Positions 50,962 to 64,000 of a DNA stretch of 64,000 nt are shown here, one piece after another (within the stretch, counting starts at the first letter, position 1; the number at the start of each line of letters is the position of its first letter). The stretch comes from Neodothiora populina. Its lineage: Eukaryota. The notes beneath the pieces are model-generated. The model searched no databases. It was given only the letters and a program-made list of their open reading frames with translations, and was not told where the DNA came from. Location of the stretch: assembly GCF_041146345.1 (NCBI RefSeq), contig NW_027191409.1, forward strand, positions 124,001-188,000. The letters are read 5' to 3'. The position numbers were made by a program, and so were the translations under genes.

Positions 50962-51511
50962 CACTCCGCCTCGGTCGAGCCATCTCGCTTTTTGGCATCT
51001 CCCCGTGTCCCTGTTGGGCCTCTTTAGAGCGGGTTCATTGTCTGGAAGGGCTCAGGCGATCAGTACCAGTGGCATGACATTATCCGTCGAAACACACAGG
51101 ACTGCAGCAGGCTGAGTTGAAGGTGTATGACGAGTTCTCGAGTCGTGGGGATCACTTCATTGGTATCAGTGATGAAACAGACTGGGTGGATGGGCGGATG
51201 GATGGATGTGAATGTTTGATTGGCTTTGTTTCGTCCGCGAGGGTTCGACTCGGACGCTGGGCCTGCGCCGGCAGTTACTTTTGTCGTTGAAGCAGCAGCC
51301 GTGCGATACGCCAGAGACGAAGACACTTCTGAGTCGTGGTTGCGTCCAAACATAGGCGTCTGCAGATCTGAGACTTTCCCGTCTCTGTGCGCATGGGGGT
51401 CCACTACTGTGTGTGTCTCTTCGACAGACAACAGCAGCAGCAGTGTGACCAATTCCGCGTACACAGTCATTATGCATCGCTCTAGACCTCCACGAAACAA
51501 GTGATTTCAGT

Positions 51512-52219
51512 TCAAATCGGCTTCGCGACCTTCCTCAACTCCACCGCGCCCAACAACTCGGCGCCCTGCCCGACAACCTCCCTCATCTCCCTCCACGAAA
51601 CAGGAACCATATCCCTGCCCGCCTCACTCCGGGCAATCACAACTCCCAACTCATTGCGTCCAGTCCCGAGAAAATACGCCCTCTCATCACCGAGCGAAAT
51701 CACCACCGCGCGCACAATGTCTCCGACTCTGAAACTCTCGCTCATGCGCACCTTGTCGATCTCCGTCGCTCGCACGTCTTGCGTGCGGATCAAGGCTGGG
51801 AAGGGCTCGTGCAGAATTTTCTGCTGGGGTTGTGATGATGCTGCTGCCGCTGCTGCAACGGTCTTCTTCGTGTCGTTGGAGGCGGGAAACGTAGAGTCCG
51901 TGTAGAGCGCCAAAATAGACGCGCTCGCCTGCCGCGGATTCGTGCGTGTGATGCGTGCCAGGACGACGTCGCCTACTGTCGGCAGAGCTGCGCTTGCTGC
52001 TGCGGAGGCGGTGCTGCTTGAGGTCGACTGCGCCACTGATATTGTCGATTTTGTTGCTTTCGTTGAGCGAGAAGATGCAGAAGAAGAAGAAGAAGCAGTC
52101 ACGGGCCCGGCGAGACTGGATTGGATCTTCGAGGCGTAAATGTGCGAGCCGGCGCCGGGGACGTGTGTGGATGAGGCGGCGAGTGTGTCGCCGGGAAGGG
52201 CGAAAGCTGGCATGGACAT
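51512..52219 (-). CDS. CSL4: Exosome cap subunit Csl4 (EXOSC1)
   Basis: ALPGD, GAGSHIY, LPTVGDVVLARITR, IRTQDVRATEIDKV...FRVGDIVRAVVISLGD, ELRKVAKP. A CTGAC...CAG just upstream may mark a 5' intron. Confidence 0.92.
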   Translation of the reverse strand: MSMPAFALPGDTLAASSTHVPGAGSHIYASKIQSSLAGPVTASSSSSASSRSTKATKSTISVAQSTSSSTASAAASAALPTVGDVVLARITRTNPRQASASILALYTDSTFPASNDTKKTVAAAAAASSQPQQKILHEPFPALIRTQDVRATEIDKVRMSESFRVGDIVRAVVISLGDERAYFLGTGRNELGVVIARSEAGRDMVPVSWREMREVVGQGAELLGAVELRKVAKPI

Positions 52220-53085
52220 TGTTTCTGGCGACTTCTCTTTTCCTTTTCCTTTGGTTGTTGTGGCGGAAATCTGTGGATCCAAGTGCTGTCAGTTGTGTAT
52301 TGGTATATGATTTTCTGATATTCAATTTGTGGAAGGAAACTACATCAATTGATGCGGCGATTATGACGACGAGGGGAAACTCCGGCAGACTTTAGTGAAC
52401 GTCTGTTGGCCTGATCTGGGTGCCTAACCACTTGGCTACAACAAATGCTACCCACACAAAAGTCGCCATTCTTGCCAAAACAAAAACAATGTCTGTTAAT
52501 CATCTCAGATACTACTCATTACTACACGCTATGTAGAGCCTACGAAAAACAAAGACCAAACCAAAAAAGAAAAACAAGAAACCTCCCAAGCTACGCCAAA
52601 GGAAACAGCAAAAGGCAAAAACACTCGACATCGGCTGCGCGATGGTGAGCCTCCCTTTGATGTGACGAGACGCGAATCGAAAGCAGAAAAGCGAAAAAGA
52701 GGAATACAAACTCGCACGCGAGTATGTGGTATATATATAAAAATCGGTGAACGAAAACAAAAAGACCAAAGCAAAGAAATGCTCCCCTGCCTTACTCTGT
52801 CATCGCCTCCAGGCTCGAGCCCACTTCTGCTCGCCCTCTCCGCCGCCCAGAGTCTTGCCTCCAACGCAAAAGAAGAATGAGAATGTGAATGAGAATGAGG
52901 ATGGAACAGGCTACTGTGCCTGCTCAAAGCCCCCCCGAACGCCATATGCTTGGAAGATAAACCCTTGTCATTGCAATTTGTAGCGCTGACGCAAAAGCCG
53001 TAATCGTAGCGTGAGAAGCCAATATGTGCTAAACTCTCCGGACTGGGTGGTTCGTCATGTAATGGTATTGAAGAAAGATGCATCT

Positions 53086-55009
53086 TCAGCCTTCAATCAG
53101 TGTCTTCTTGCTTCCTTCTTCCTCGCCAATCTCGATACATCTTCTTGCCAGTGCGACGACCTCGCCCTCGCCGTCCTCGCTCGATGTTTCGTCGTCGCTC
53201 TGCACCTCGCGATCCGCAATGCTTTGCACCATCTTCATGACATCCTCGCTCGACTTGATCTTCTTGATGAGCTTGCTGTCGTTGCTCTCCAGGAGTTGCA
53301 GCAGAGTCCAGATGGCAATGTGTTGGAAGGTCGGGTCGCCGGATTCGAGAAACCTCGTGAGGTATCCGTGGATGCCACCGGAAGGGCTGGTCCAGTTTTG
53401 GAGGAAGATGTGGTAGTCGCCGACTGCCAACAGCGTTAGTTTTCGAATCAAAACAGAAAAGGGAATTTCACACACCTTTGCTTGAAAGATTTCCGAGTGC
53501 GGCGGCACTGTTTCCTTGGACCTCAATGCTATCACTCTCGGTAAGAGGGATGAGGACATCGAAAACCCCGAGACGTAGGAGATGCGGCTTCAGCTCATCA
53601 CTCAGAGCAAGCACGGCAATGGCAGCCGTCATCTCGCTCTGTACATTTACGGGCACGTGTAACACAAGTTCGCGGCACTTCTCAACCGCGCCAGCCTCCA
53701 AAACCAGCTGCTTGTTACGGTCCGATGATGCAGCGAGATTGCGAAGCGTGGAAATGGCGTGACACTGAATCTCTTCATTCTCTTGGCTGCCTAGAAGATC
53801 GACCAATGGCTTGAGGAAGCCGGCGTCGATGATGGGCGACTCGTTCATCGGGTGGATGGAGATGTTTCTTATACAGGCGACGGCGGAGAGGATCAAAGGC
53901 AGATAAGAGGATTGCAGGAGTCGGAGCAGAGGACGCAGACCGTTGTTGCGCACAATCTCGAGCTGGTACTTCTCGTCAGAAGCGAGGTTTCGAAGGGCCA
54001 GTGCAGCCTGGCATTGCACCTTGGGGGCATGACCGTCCATGAGATGAACCAGAGCCTGCACCAGTCGAGGCTCCGTCTGAGCGAGACGCTTGCGATTGGC
54101 CGAGTCGACAGCGATGTTACTCAAGGCAGTGGTGCAGTAGTATTGAACATCAGTGTCGGAAGATGACAGAAGCTGGACCAGGACCGGGATGGCGCCCGCG
54201 TTGACGAGTTGTTGTCGGTTGTCGTCGGAATGGGTCATGTTCAGAAGAGCGCCGGTAGCGTTCCTCTGCACGCGCATGTCTTTGGATCTGGCAAGACGAG
54301 TCAGGGGGCCGAGGGCACCAGACCTGGCGATCTTGGCCTTGTTCTCTTCGTGTGTGGCGAGATTGGTGATGCATCCTACAGCGTTGCATTGCACCTCGAC
54401 ATTGTTCGAATTCATCTGTCGAATCAGGGGAGCTAAACCGCCGAGTTGCACGATGAGGACCTTGTTGGACGCTGTGAGTGCGTCAGCGAGTGTCTTTTAG
54501 TAATCATTGAGGGTTGGCAGCTCACCATCGACAGCCAAGTTGCCGAGTGCGGCGCTCGCTGCACGCTGGACTTCTATGTCGTTGCTTTCGAGCAGATACA
54601 GGATGGGCTCCAGCGTGTTCTTCTCCACCGGTCGGACATCTCTTTCGGTGATTTCAGCAAAAGTCAACGAGGCGCTTCTCTGGAGGTCGATGTTGTGGGA
54701 ATAGACCAGGGTGCTGAGAGCCTGCAGCGGCTCGCCAGTGAAGAAGTCTGTTTCCTGCCTCTTTTGCGCTTGTCAGTAGTTGATTCCTGGCAGGCGGTGA
54801 TAAGCGTGAGACTGACATTTTCTAGGAAATTCAGCAGGTCCGCCACAGCTTCCCTTTCGCTATCGGCGAGCACATTGTCGTAATCAACAGTATTCCGACC
54901 TTTTTTGTTGAGGAGATCAGCAAAGGGCAGTGACAACGAGCGATATCAACAGCGACTCACTCGTGCAACAATAGAAGATGCTGGAGCAGAGGTTCCTGAA
55001 GGCGGCCAT
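53086..55009 (-). CDS. VAC8: Armadillo-repeat vacuolar protein 8 (introns 54960-54900, 54816-54761, 54525-54472, 53475-53424)
   Basis: [62 protein letters not shown]. Confidence 0.96.
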
Positions 55010-56726
55010 GGCCAGGCCAGGCCGTCAAGCTGTCAGGTGGGAGAGTTTCAGGAAATGCCAGCAAGTCTACAGGATGTTGTCGTTATAGCATGCCAGTGTC
55101 GCAGTATTGCTTGCTGTACTGGTTTATTACCGCTGTCCTGCTGCGAGGACAGTAGGGTGACGGAGAAAGTGTAATGGGAGGGTTTGTTTAAAGCGGCTGG
55201 AAGAATGACGTTGGAAGCGCGCCAATCCAAGACAAACAGTGAGTGGTAAGATAGCAGAGCAGATAGGGTGATACAGTTATTAGTGCAGAGCGCGTCGCTC
55301 TGGTGGATGCCCTGTCGCCTGGCTCGAGAGCTTGATGGATGCAGACGAAGCGCCGGGCAAAGGGAAAGGGAGGCGCTCGATTGACTGTTGATTTTACTGG
55401 TTGTATGTATGATGATTGGAAGGTCACAGCAGAGTACAGCAACAGCGGCAGCAGCAACAGCAATACAATGTAGCAACAAGCAAGTCGACACTCAAGCATT
55501 CACCCTAATCCAAGTCCTCTCTAGTCATCTGCTGGAGCTCAAAGAAAGACTGGAGCTCAAAGACAACCGGAAGGACGCTCAGACCTCCCCTTCACGTCCC
55601 GTTTCCAACGCCTTCCCTGATCCGAAAAGCCGCAACTGTCTCACCGACTGCTCGTAACCTCGAGATTCTGCAGGGCGACCTGCAGAGTATATAAAATCAT
55701 GTCTGCTCAAGCTGCGGTCTGACTAGGTAGTTTCCCGATACTGTCTGTTGATTCGCTTCGGCTGGCATCTTCGACTTGTTTTGTTCGCATCACAAAGTCT
55801 TCATGGGCAACAATGGTTTCTCTCTATCAACCTGCAGTGTTTTCTAACAATGGCAACTGGACATATGACCTCATCCGCAATCTGCAGGTGCATGTGTAGC
55901 ATTCAGCATCTGCGACGGGACTCAACAGTGGAGATACACGAACCCTGTGTGGAGTGCCTTGCTCTTGACACATCAAGCATGGCCGGCCATTGATCTACGC
56001 GATGAAGGTAAGGGCCATGGGCCTCGATCTTTACGTCATCCCGCCAATAATTATATCTCCAAAGAGCAGCCTAAAGTCTGGCCGGTCGAGGGTAGCAATG
56101 AGCAATCGCTACTAGTGTATAAGGCAAGTCCACAGGGCCATCGTCTCGTCTTCCGCGTATATTGTGATGGCCTGCCGGTACATGCCATGGCTTTGCATCA
56201 TGGTTACCTCTGTACACACTGCAACCCAGCCTGCAACACACACTGCTACAGTTACAGCGCGCGTCACCTGTCAGAAGACAGAACGTGCCATGACCATGAC
56301 CCAAGACCCAAGACCCAAGACAAAACTCGACAACGGCCGGCCATGACCAAAGAAACACAGCGGCTCGAATGCGGGGAAGGCGAAGGGTCTTCTCCATAGC
56401 GTGAACCTTGGTTGACATTGCCGAATGAGCGGGCGCTGAATCCTCCAGGGTTTGCCTGGAAATATGTTATTTCTCGCCTCTCATCTTCGCTATATCCTTC
56501 AATTGAACCTCTGCCTTGGACCTGGACGACCATGCTGCTTTTACCCGGCTGATTTTGGGATTCGCCTGGGAAGCCAAAGCCTCGAGATCGCCCGATTTTG
56601 TCAGCTAACAGCCCCACGCATAACGTACTCTACAGAAGCTCGGTTGGCATCCGGTCGCGACTCGCGAATTTCTCGTGCGCTGCTTGTGATACTTGCCATC
56701 CGTCTAAGATACATGAATTTCATGAA

Positions 56727-58754
56727 ATGGTGGTGCAAAATGACTTGAAACCCTCCTCTCGCACTCTGCGCCTGGACACTGGCAACACAAGACCTGCTCT
56801 TGCCACCCTTTCTATTCCACCCGAATCGCGTTCGCATTCGAATTCGCATTCGGACTGGCAGGCAGCAACCAAGGGCACCACTCATAACAGCTATCTCGGC
56901 CAGGTCTCCTCGGAGTTTCCTACCACAGATCTACTTGACGCGCTTGAAGAAAAAGAAGAGAGCACCCATGGCGACATCTTGCACGTTGAAGATGTGGCAG
57001 ATGCAGCCTCTGAGGACGCTGTCGACAGCAAGTACTCGTCGCATGCTCCGGCCCAAGATAAATCAACTCGTAGACCCTCGGTGAGCTTCAGCTCTCATGC
57101 AACGCTCGATGATGGTATGCGACTCTCCCTCCAAGCGCCCCCTCCCGAAGTAGCCACTTCTGCGTCCAGCCGGACCCGCATGCGAGGTGCCTCGCTCACG
57201 AACAACAGTGATCGAGAAGATCTTCAGTCGAGTCTGTCCTCTCCCCGCATAAATCCGTTCACTGGTGAACCTGTTCGTCGTCGAGCCAGGCGAAGCGACA
57301 GGCCTGCTCGGTCTGCTGCTACCGAACCTGGGCAGGACTATGACGATTCCCAAGACCATATGTCTGGCTCTGCCGATTCTTCGTACTTTGAGACTAATGG
57401 TACTCCTATGTCTACATCCATGACTGGTTCCATGCTCTTTTCTCCACATGCCTTCGCCTCTCCTTCCATCTCTCCTGCCGTAGCTAGCGATCCGTGGCCC
57501 ATGTCCGCTCATGGAAGTCTCAAGTCACGTCTAGTCTCTCGTCATTCGAGCCTGAGGAATAGTAGCCGCCGCTCCAGTAGATTGTCCGGCTCCTCTCCCG
57601 CATCGGCTTTCCTATCGCAATGGGGCAAAGAATCTCTGGCATCCATAGCGCCCGATCCCGATGACGAAGGCCAGACCATAGGCCTCGACGGTGAATACAT
57701 AATCGGCCGCCAGATTGGATATGGAGGCTTCAGCGTGGTGAAAGAACTGCACGGTCTTAGCGAATCTGGCGAGAATATACAGCGAGCGGTCAAGATCGTC
57801 CGCAAAGCTATACCCAACATATCCGACGCTGAAAATGATACGCAGCAGCAGACGTTCGAGCATGAAGTCAGCATCTGGCGTTATCTGCACCACAGCCATA
57901 TCCTCCCTCTACATGCAGTGTACGATACCGACTTTGCAACCTTTTGCGTCATGGACCTCATAGAAGGAGGCACACTGTTTGATCTTGTTCGAAAGATGCG
58001 TAGTACTTCGGATGTCGCCACGGGTCTGACGCCCTTACTGGCAAAGCACTATGCATATCAGCTCGCATCCGCACTTCGCTATCTCCACGAAGATATCCGC
58101 ATCGTCCATCGTGACGTAAAATTAGAGAATTGTCTCCTCGATTTCGGTGCTTCCAACGCAGACACCAAAGGCGCCAAGGTCGGCCAGCTCAAACTGTGCG
58201 ACTTTGGTCTCGCGGATTTCGTGAGTTCAAACGACTTGTACGACAGTACTGAATCGCTTGATGCGACCTCTACATTCACCACTACTGCAGGTACCCTTCA
58301 GTACGCTGCTCCGGAGAACTTCTCGACGACAAGACGCGACCGATCGCTGCTGCAGCCTGCCCTCGATATATGGGCGTTTGGCGTTTGTGTTTATACTTTG
58401 CTCACCGGCGAAATGCCCTTCAGACACGCGCTGCAGCCGAAGATCATCGAGATGATCACGAGTGGTAGTTGGGACCGTGAAGCTCTGCGGAAAGCTTGGA
58501 GGAACGGCAACAGCAGCGACAGCAGGACCAAGGAGAAGACACAGAAGGCGATCGAAGAGAGCGTCATCGATCTCTTGGATGGTTGTCTGGAGCATGACCC
58601 GACCATGCGATGGACCATCTCCGATGTCCTGGCCTCCAACTGGTTTTCCGACTTGTCGAGTGAAGAGCAAGGAGATGGAGGGCGACAAGAGGAGGACGAC
58701 GGATACGAGCGTCGTGTCAGTTCGGGAGGCTGGGATATATGGGGAGGGGATTGA
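56727..58754 (+). CDS. Ser/Thr protein kinase (CAMK-like group) with long disordered N-terminus
   Basis: IGYGGFSVV, AVKIV, HRDVKLEN, DFG, GTLQYAAPE, DIWAFG. First in-frame ATG at 56727. Confidence 0.93.
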   Translation: MVVQNDLKPSSRTLRLDTGNTRPALATLSIPPESRSHSNSHSDWQAATKGTTHNSYLGQVSSEFPTTDLLDALEEKEESTHGDILHVEDVADAASEDAVDSKYSSHAPAQDKSTRRPSVSFSSHATLDDGMRLSLQAPPPEVATSASSRTRMRGASLTNNSDREDLQSSLSSPRINPFTGEPVRRRARRSDRPARSAATEPGQDYDDSQDHMSGSADSSYFETNGTPMSTSMTGSMLFSPHAFASPSISPAVASDPWPMSAHGSLKSRLVSRHSSLRNSSRRSSRLSGSSPASAFLSQWGKESLASIAPDPDDEGQTIGLDGEYIIGRQIGYGGFSVVKELHGLSESGENIQRAVKIVRKAIPNISDAENDTQQQTFEHEVSIWRYLHHSHILPLHAVYDTDFATFCVMDLIEGGTLFDLVRKMRSTSDVATGLTPLLAKHYAYQLASALRYLHEDIRIVHRDVKLENCLLDFGASNADTKGAKVGQLKLCDFGLADFVSSNDLYDSTESLDATSTFTTTAGTLQYAAPENFSTTRRDRSLLQPALDIWAFGVCVYTLLTGEMPFRHALQPKIIEMITSGSWDREALRKAWRNGNSSDSRTKEKTQKAIEESVIDLLDGCLEHDPTMRWTISDVLASNWFSDLSSEEQGDGGRQEEDDGYERRVSSGGWDIWGGD

Positions 58755-59832
58755 TGTTTTTTCTTTCCCTCTTCCTTTTCCTCTTCTTTTTATTTTCCTA
58801 TGTGTCGGAAAATCCTTTGCATGCATGAACGGGAATGGCACGGCGTCTGTGGTGTCGGTCTGACTAAATTTATACCCCCCTTTCGTTGTTTTTTATCCAC
58901 ACGTTCTTTGCATTATGCGCCGACCTGTTGAGTTTATGTTCGTGTGTACAGTAATTTTACGTACCCCCAAAATATGTATCAACCACGAGGAGTCTTTCCT
59001 AGGCCTGCTGATCATCTTGATTGGTCCTACAGTATGCAACCTTTGTGGGAACTACAAACCCCCTAAGGAGACTCCGAAGGAATATCGACCCCTTCGCAGA
59101 GGAGAAAACCCCTTGTATAGGAGACACAGATCAGGAGAATGATACAAGAAGGAAAACAAGTATCTATCGTTTCTATTATCTCTCCATAGTCGCGAACTTG
59201 AAAGTCCAGAATGACTGTGATCGGCCGAGTGAAAGGAGATGATCCAAGAGGGCCATAGTGTATAGTTCGGTGATCATCTGAAGGATGTCTCCGTGAGATA
59301 CAACGAAAGAGACCGCGAAGGACTTGTGGAGTTGAGTTGTTCATTGACTGGAGAGATGAATGAAGTATGCTACTGCAGTCGTAGACAGTCCTTCGGCAAG
59401 AAACACTTGCTCTTGCCTCTGAATGATGTTTCAACCTACCCTCGACAGCCTGTCTTTCTGCCGAATTTGAGAAGGCTTCGACCTCTGGCTCTCATGAGGT
59501 ATACCTACCCGCGAAAGGAGAACCAGATGACAATCACCCTCTCTCTCCCTACCTATGCTTTCCATTGTATATCCCGCCAACACATATCTTGTCTACTCTT
59601 CTCCCCTATCAATATGAAGATGTATCGAGCGTTTCAGAGCCTACTCAAGCAATTCTCTCCGGTCCAGTCCAGTCCAATCCCGTCAATACCCTTACCTAGG
59701 AACTACATGCCTCACCAAGGCTCTTTCTCGATCATGGAAATGAGAAGACCACTCTCGGCAACAAGCACAAGAGAACAAACACTCTACAGCAAAAGCAAGC
59801 GGTGTAATCAAACCGACAGCAAATTGGAATCC

Positions 59833-59886
59833 GAGAAGTAAAAGAAGAAGTAGAAGAAGAAGTAGAAGAAGAAGTAGAAGTAGAAG
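59833..59886. repeat. (GAAGAAGAAGTA)n purine-rich tandem repeat
   Basis: Several imperfect units in an intergenic region. Confidence 0.85.
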
Positions 59887-61504
59887 GAGAAAAAGAACAG
59901 AAATCATTAAAGGTTCCAGGAAAAGAAAAAGAAAATCTGACATATACAACACACAGCAACCAAGCGGTGGGCACTCGAGATGATAAAACTTTCCAGTAAA
60001 CAACAACGACAACAACACTAAGCAATGCCAGGGCCAACTCCAAAAGAAGACCCTCACTCAGAGAAAAACCGCCCATGTGCAATGTCTGTGTGTAATGTGC
60101 TGTCCTTCGCTGTTCCTCTGTCAACGTATGTGTTGTACAAAGTAATAATTTCCCTCGAGTGGGTACGACCAAGTCAACGAGTAAAGCGGTGGGTAGAGCT
60201 GATGAATGAGAAAGGGAAGGAAAAAATTTAGGGAATAGGCGGTAAAGCTTGCTGTGCGCAGATTGATATAGTGGTTGATCAAGGTGGACAGGTGGGGGTG
60301 CGTGTAAGGGAGGCATGTGCTTGTGCATTTTGTGGATTTGTTGTACAAGTATTATTTGTTCTTGGGTTGATTGTACAGTAGTTAGGTTGATCAAAATGCG
60401 TGGAAGGAGGTTAGGATCGAAGACTACCTACCCAGGAAGTGTATAGAGGTCGAGGTCAAGATTTGACTTTCTTATAGTCTTATAGTGAATAAAGGTAAAG
60501 CAATGGAAGGCACAATAGTTGAGGAAGGAAGTGGGGTTCAGATAAAGTTATACAAGTCGGCAGACAAAAGCATATAGCCTATAACCACCGACTTTGGAAC
60601 AAGAGAATCACATTACCACAGAGTTACATTACATTTCAAGGAGAAACCTCACAAACAAACAAAGCAGAAGCAGATAGTAACGACGACCTCAGGTGTCCTT
60701 GATTCCAGCCAGGTTTTGTATCTCTTACTCCAATGGTGAAGAACAAAATATATCCGTGTCCCCCATCCTAGATACTCGAGAGAAATATAGATTGAAAGAT
60801 ACATGGAAAGCCCAAAGGATCTATCAACTCTGCCATCATGATGAAAAGAGAAGTCGGCCTCCGGAAAATCACACAGCATCAAAACCACCACAGCCAAGCT
60901 CGACATACTCTCGCTTCATTCGAGGCATTATGTAGAGTTCTTCGGACATCTTGTCTTCCTCTTCATTTCTCGTCATCTTCTCTGAGAATAGATACACCAA
61001 TGCAAGAAAAGAAAGTCATCCATAATAAGGACAAGACGATCCAAATAGCACATAGAGGAAAAGTCCGTCACGAACACTTTGGGAAATGAGGTCAAAAACA
61101 AAAAAAATGTGTGATGATAATGACAACAAAAAAAGCACAACGAAATATTAAAACAACCCAGCGTCTCTCTTCCCTTTTTCCAGATGTTGGGTGGATCCCT
61201 GCTCTTTCCCTCCAGAGGCAAATGCAGGAATAGCTCGCGCGCGCGCATGGTCAAACAGCGTAATTCTTTCTCTTTTTGGTCTACTTTCGTAGCGGTCGTT
61301 TGTCATTCGTCATTGACGTCATCAGGTCAGAGCCAGGAAGCAGAATCAATTGGGCCAGCAAGGGTGTGTCACGCAAGAGATACAAGCCTGTCCAAGATAT
61401 ATGTTTCGGCGCCCGTGTAATGGTTGCGCAAGTGTGATACTCGTAAGATTGTACAATTGCCGTTTCAATTCGTGACGAAGCGAGTCGGAGCCGACAGAGA
61501 GGCT

Positions 61505-63450
61505 CTACTCGACCGTGATCTCCACACCACTGCTCTGCTGGCTCAGCTCGTCGCTACCGCGGTTCATGTGTCCGTTGCGTCTAGGGAAACCAGAGCCACG
61601 CTCGGGAACCGGGCCACGAGGTTGGCGGGATGGCAAGCCTTGGCTACGTGACTGGTCGTCATACGAGCTGTTGGCGCTGAAGGCGCGGTGGCCACCGATA
61701 GGGCCAGGGTTGGACTCACGGTCCCAAGACATCATGCCTCGGAGGCCTCGAGGGCTGCCGGCGAACCCGGAAGCGCCTAGGTTCATGTTTCCGAGGCCGT
61801 TGACAAGGATACTCTCATCGCCACGGGAGCCAATGGTACCGCTAGTCGGCGTGGTCATATTGGGGGTGCCGGAAGAGCCGTTCTCCCGAGCGTACTCGGC
61901 AAAGCGAGAGACATTATTGCCGAGGGTAGCAGGGAAGCTGGCGGTGGAAGGAACGGGGGAAGGGGTGTAGGAACGCAGGTCAGCAAAGGACTTTGCGGCA
62001 CGGAGGTTGGGGCCTGCGGCAAGGGTGTTGGGGGACTCCTGGAAGCCGGACAGGTAGGCGGAATTCTGGTGTCGGACTCCTGGATTGTAGAAGGCATCCT
62101 GGTTGCGGACATCGCTGAAATCCGTAGTGGCAGCACGGTTCAGGCCACGTCTTTGCGATTCAGCTTGGATAGCCTGGATTTGGGGCATGGGTGGGCTGAG
62201 CCTCTGCCTCGGCTGCTCCTTGAAGACATGCACAGCGCGCTGCTCCGCGGTGCCCTTGGACATGTGCATGAGACCCATGTGGTGAGCGATCGTGTGCACG
62301 ATGCGGCGCTGCGGGGGAGTCAAGTCTGCAGGGAAGACAACGAGATCCTTGGCGGTGTCTTCCTTGAACAGAAGGAGCTTAGAGTAGACGTTCAGAGATT
62401 CAGGATCATTGAGGTCCACAGCTGAGGTAGTCAGCACATCTGCAGAGGGGCGGCGAAGATGAACTTGATCTCCCATACCTGGAGCGACGTTTCTGGCCGA
62501 AACAGGAGAAGGCGAGGTGGGTGGAGGCGGGAAGTGCGAGTTCAACGATGACATGGACGCCTGGCTATGCAAGGCAGAAGCCGGCATGGGCCTGTGCTGT
62601 TCCTCGAGCTGTCCCCTGCGCTCACGCTTCTCACGCTCGATCCTTTCCCGCTCGGCGGCGGGTAGCATTTTCTTGTATTCAACCCTCAATTTCCTACCCT
62701 GGAGTTCGAAATGGTTCAGGTTGTCGATGACGGCCGCAGTCTCGTCTGGCGAGGTGAAGTTTGCAAATGCCAGTCCACGGAAGACGCCGTTGTCGAAGTG
62801 GTAGTTGAAAGCGTAAGGGAGGGGGAGGCCCATGTCAGTCATGAGCTGGACAAGCTGCTCTTTCTTAACGGCGAAAGGAATATTCTTTATAACGATAGCG
62901 GTAGGAATGAGCTCCTCGTCAGGCTCGGAACTGAGCTGATCGGATCTGATGGGCGATGCACCCATGACGCCGCCACCGAGGCCTAGGTAGGGCGAGACTG
63001 ACTGCATCTGCTGCGGCTGGTCCATCCACGCCTGTGTTCTGGTTAGCTGGTTGTGATACTCGTTGAACTCGCATGTTCCAGTCTTACCGTAGGGATGCCC
63101 GCCCGGGTCTTCTGGGGAGGCTTCATGGAGCGGTTGCCTGCACCCAGCGACGCCAGAGAATTGTTTCCGCCAAAGGCCGAGTTGTTCCAGGTTTGCGCGC
63201 CCATCTCATAGCCTCCACCGCCATAGTTTGGCTGGATGGCCGCCGGCATTCTGTTGTCGTTGAAGCGAGGGGCGTCGTAGCGTTGTGCGTGGTCGTCGGC
63301 AGTATAAAGACCGGAGGGAAGGTGGCCGGCGAAAGAGTCGAATTGACGCGATGCTTGGCGGTGAAGAGTCTGAGAAGGATGACGCTGCGCTGTGGGCGAG
63401 CGACTCTGGGGGGGATTGTCATAGTACATGTCTGGTTGCTGGAAGCTCAT
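61505..63450 (-). CDS. PIN4: RRM + R3H RNA-binding protein of the Pin4/Cip2 family (introns 63087-63032, 62478-62422)
   Basis: IPTAIVIKNIPFAVKKEQL...YAFNYHFDNGVFRGLAFANF, GRKLRVEYKKMLP, R3H motif QRRIVHTIAHHMGL. Confidence 0.92.
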
Positions 63451-64000
63451 GATGAGCGATGGGCAAGGGCCTGTGGCACCTCGGAGTCCTCGTGGAAAGT
63501 GTATGTAGTAGTTGTCGTGGAGATGGACAAAAGCGGTGACAGGTCGGCTTCAGCGACAGTCGAACTTGGCAACTCTACTCTGGAATTCACCGACACCCTG
63601 TTCGGACCAACTCACAGATGAACCGTTATGGCGGCGAACGGTGAGAAGGAGGATGAGGAGGGGCAGTGAAGATCGAGGCGACCGAGATAGGGTCGGGTCG
63701 CGCTGTGGAGGAAGCGTGAGGAAGGGCCAAAATTGTGCCTGCACTCACAGAATCTCCCACGTCGAATCTTTTTGATATGGTCTCAAAAAAGTATGAAAAT
63801 ACCTTATGCAAGACCCGGAGAGGTATGCAAAGAAGATAGTAATGTACAGTAGATCACGTCGTCAATGTTTTTTTAGTTTGTTAGGTTTCGACGACGTTGA
63901 TTAGATCGTAATGGCGGCGGTGTCTGTGATGGGTTTAAGTGTCGCTGGCTTCCTTGAGTAAAAGAGTTGCTCTGCTTGCTTGCTTCCGTCGTGATTCGTC

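Noticed and set aside
52370..52445. tRNA-like TAGCCAAGTGGTTAGGCA on the minus strand
   Set aside because: Resembles an A-box/D-arm, but no GTTCRA T-loop and no acceptor stem pairing were found.
59293..60394. ORFs of 121-220 aa in the kinase-PIN4 gap
   Set aside because: Non-ATG starts and low-complexity translations driven by repeats.

Overview
Eukaryotic, intron-containing DNA from a filamentous ascomycete. Short GT-AG introns with CTRAY branch sites and the gene content suggest Eurotiomycetes, possibly Chaetothyriales (inference). About 23 protein-coding genes, mostly housekeeping: MSE1, an XDJ1-type DnaJ, ATG16, a fasciclin, CUL4, SRP21, DUF1308, a TDP1-like enzyme, a head-to-head YML6/MRPL35 pair, CSN5, FMP27/BLTP2, an aromatic amino-acid decarboxylase, MGM1, CSL4, VAC8, a Ser/Thr kinase and PIN4. 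No rRNA, tRNA, CRISPR array or intact transposon was seen. Most notable: (1) an intact gene carrying only the HHCC zinc-binding N-terminus of an integrase/Ginger-like transposase, a candidate domesticated element; (2) an intact M20 peptidase-like ORF lacking metal ligands and dimerisation domain, tail-to-tail with the decarboxylase; (3) 7 of about 30 inferred introns end in AAG rather than YAG; (4) a DnaJ start codon split by an intron; (5) frameshifts in the fasciclin gene and in a tandem SRR1-like gene, which may be decay or assembly error. All family calls are by motif recognition; no searches were run.
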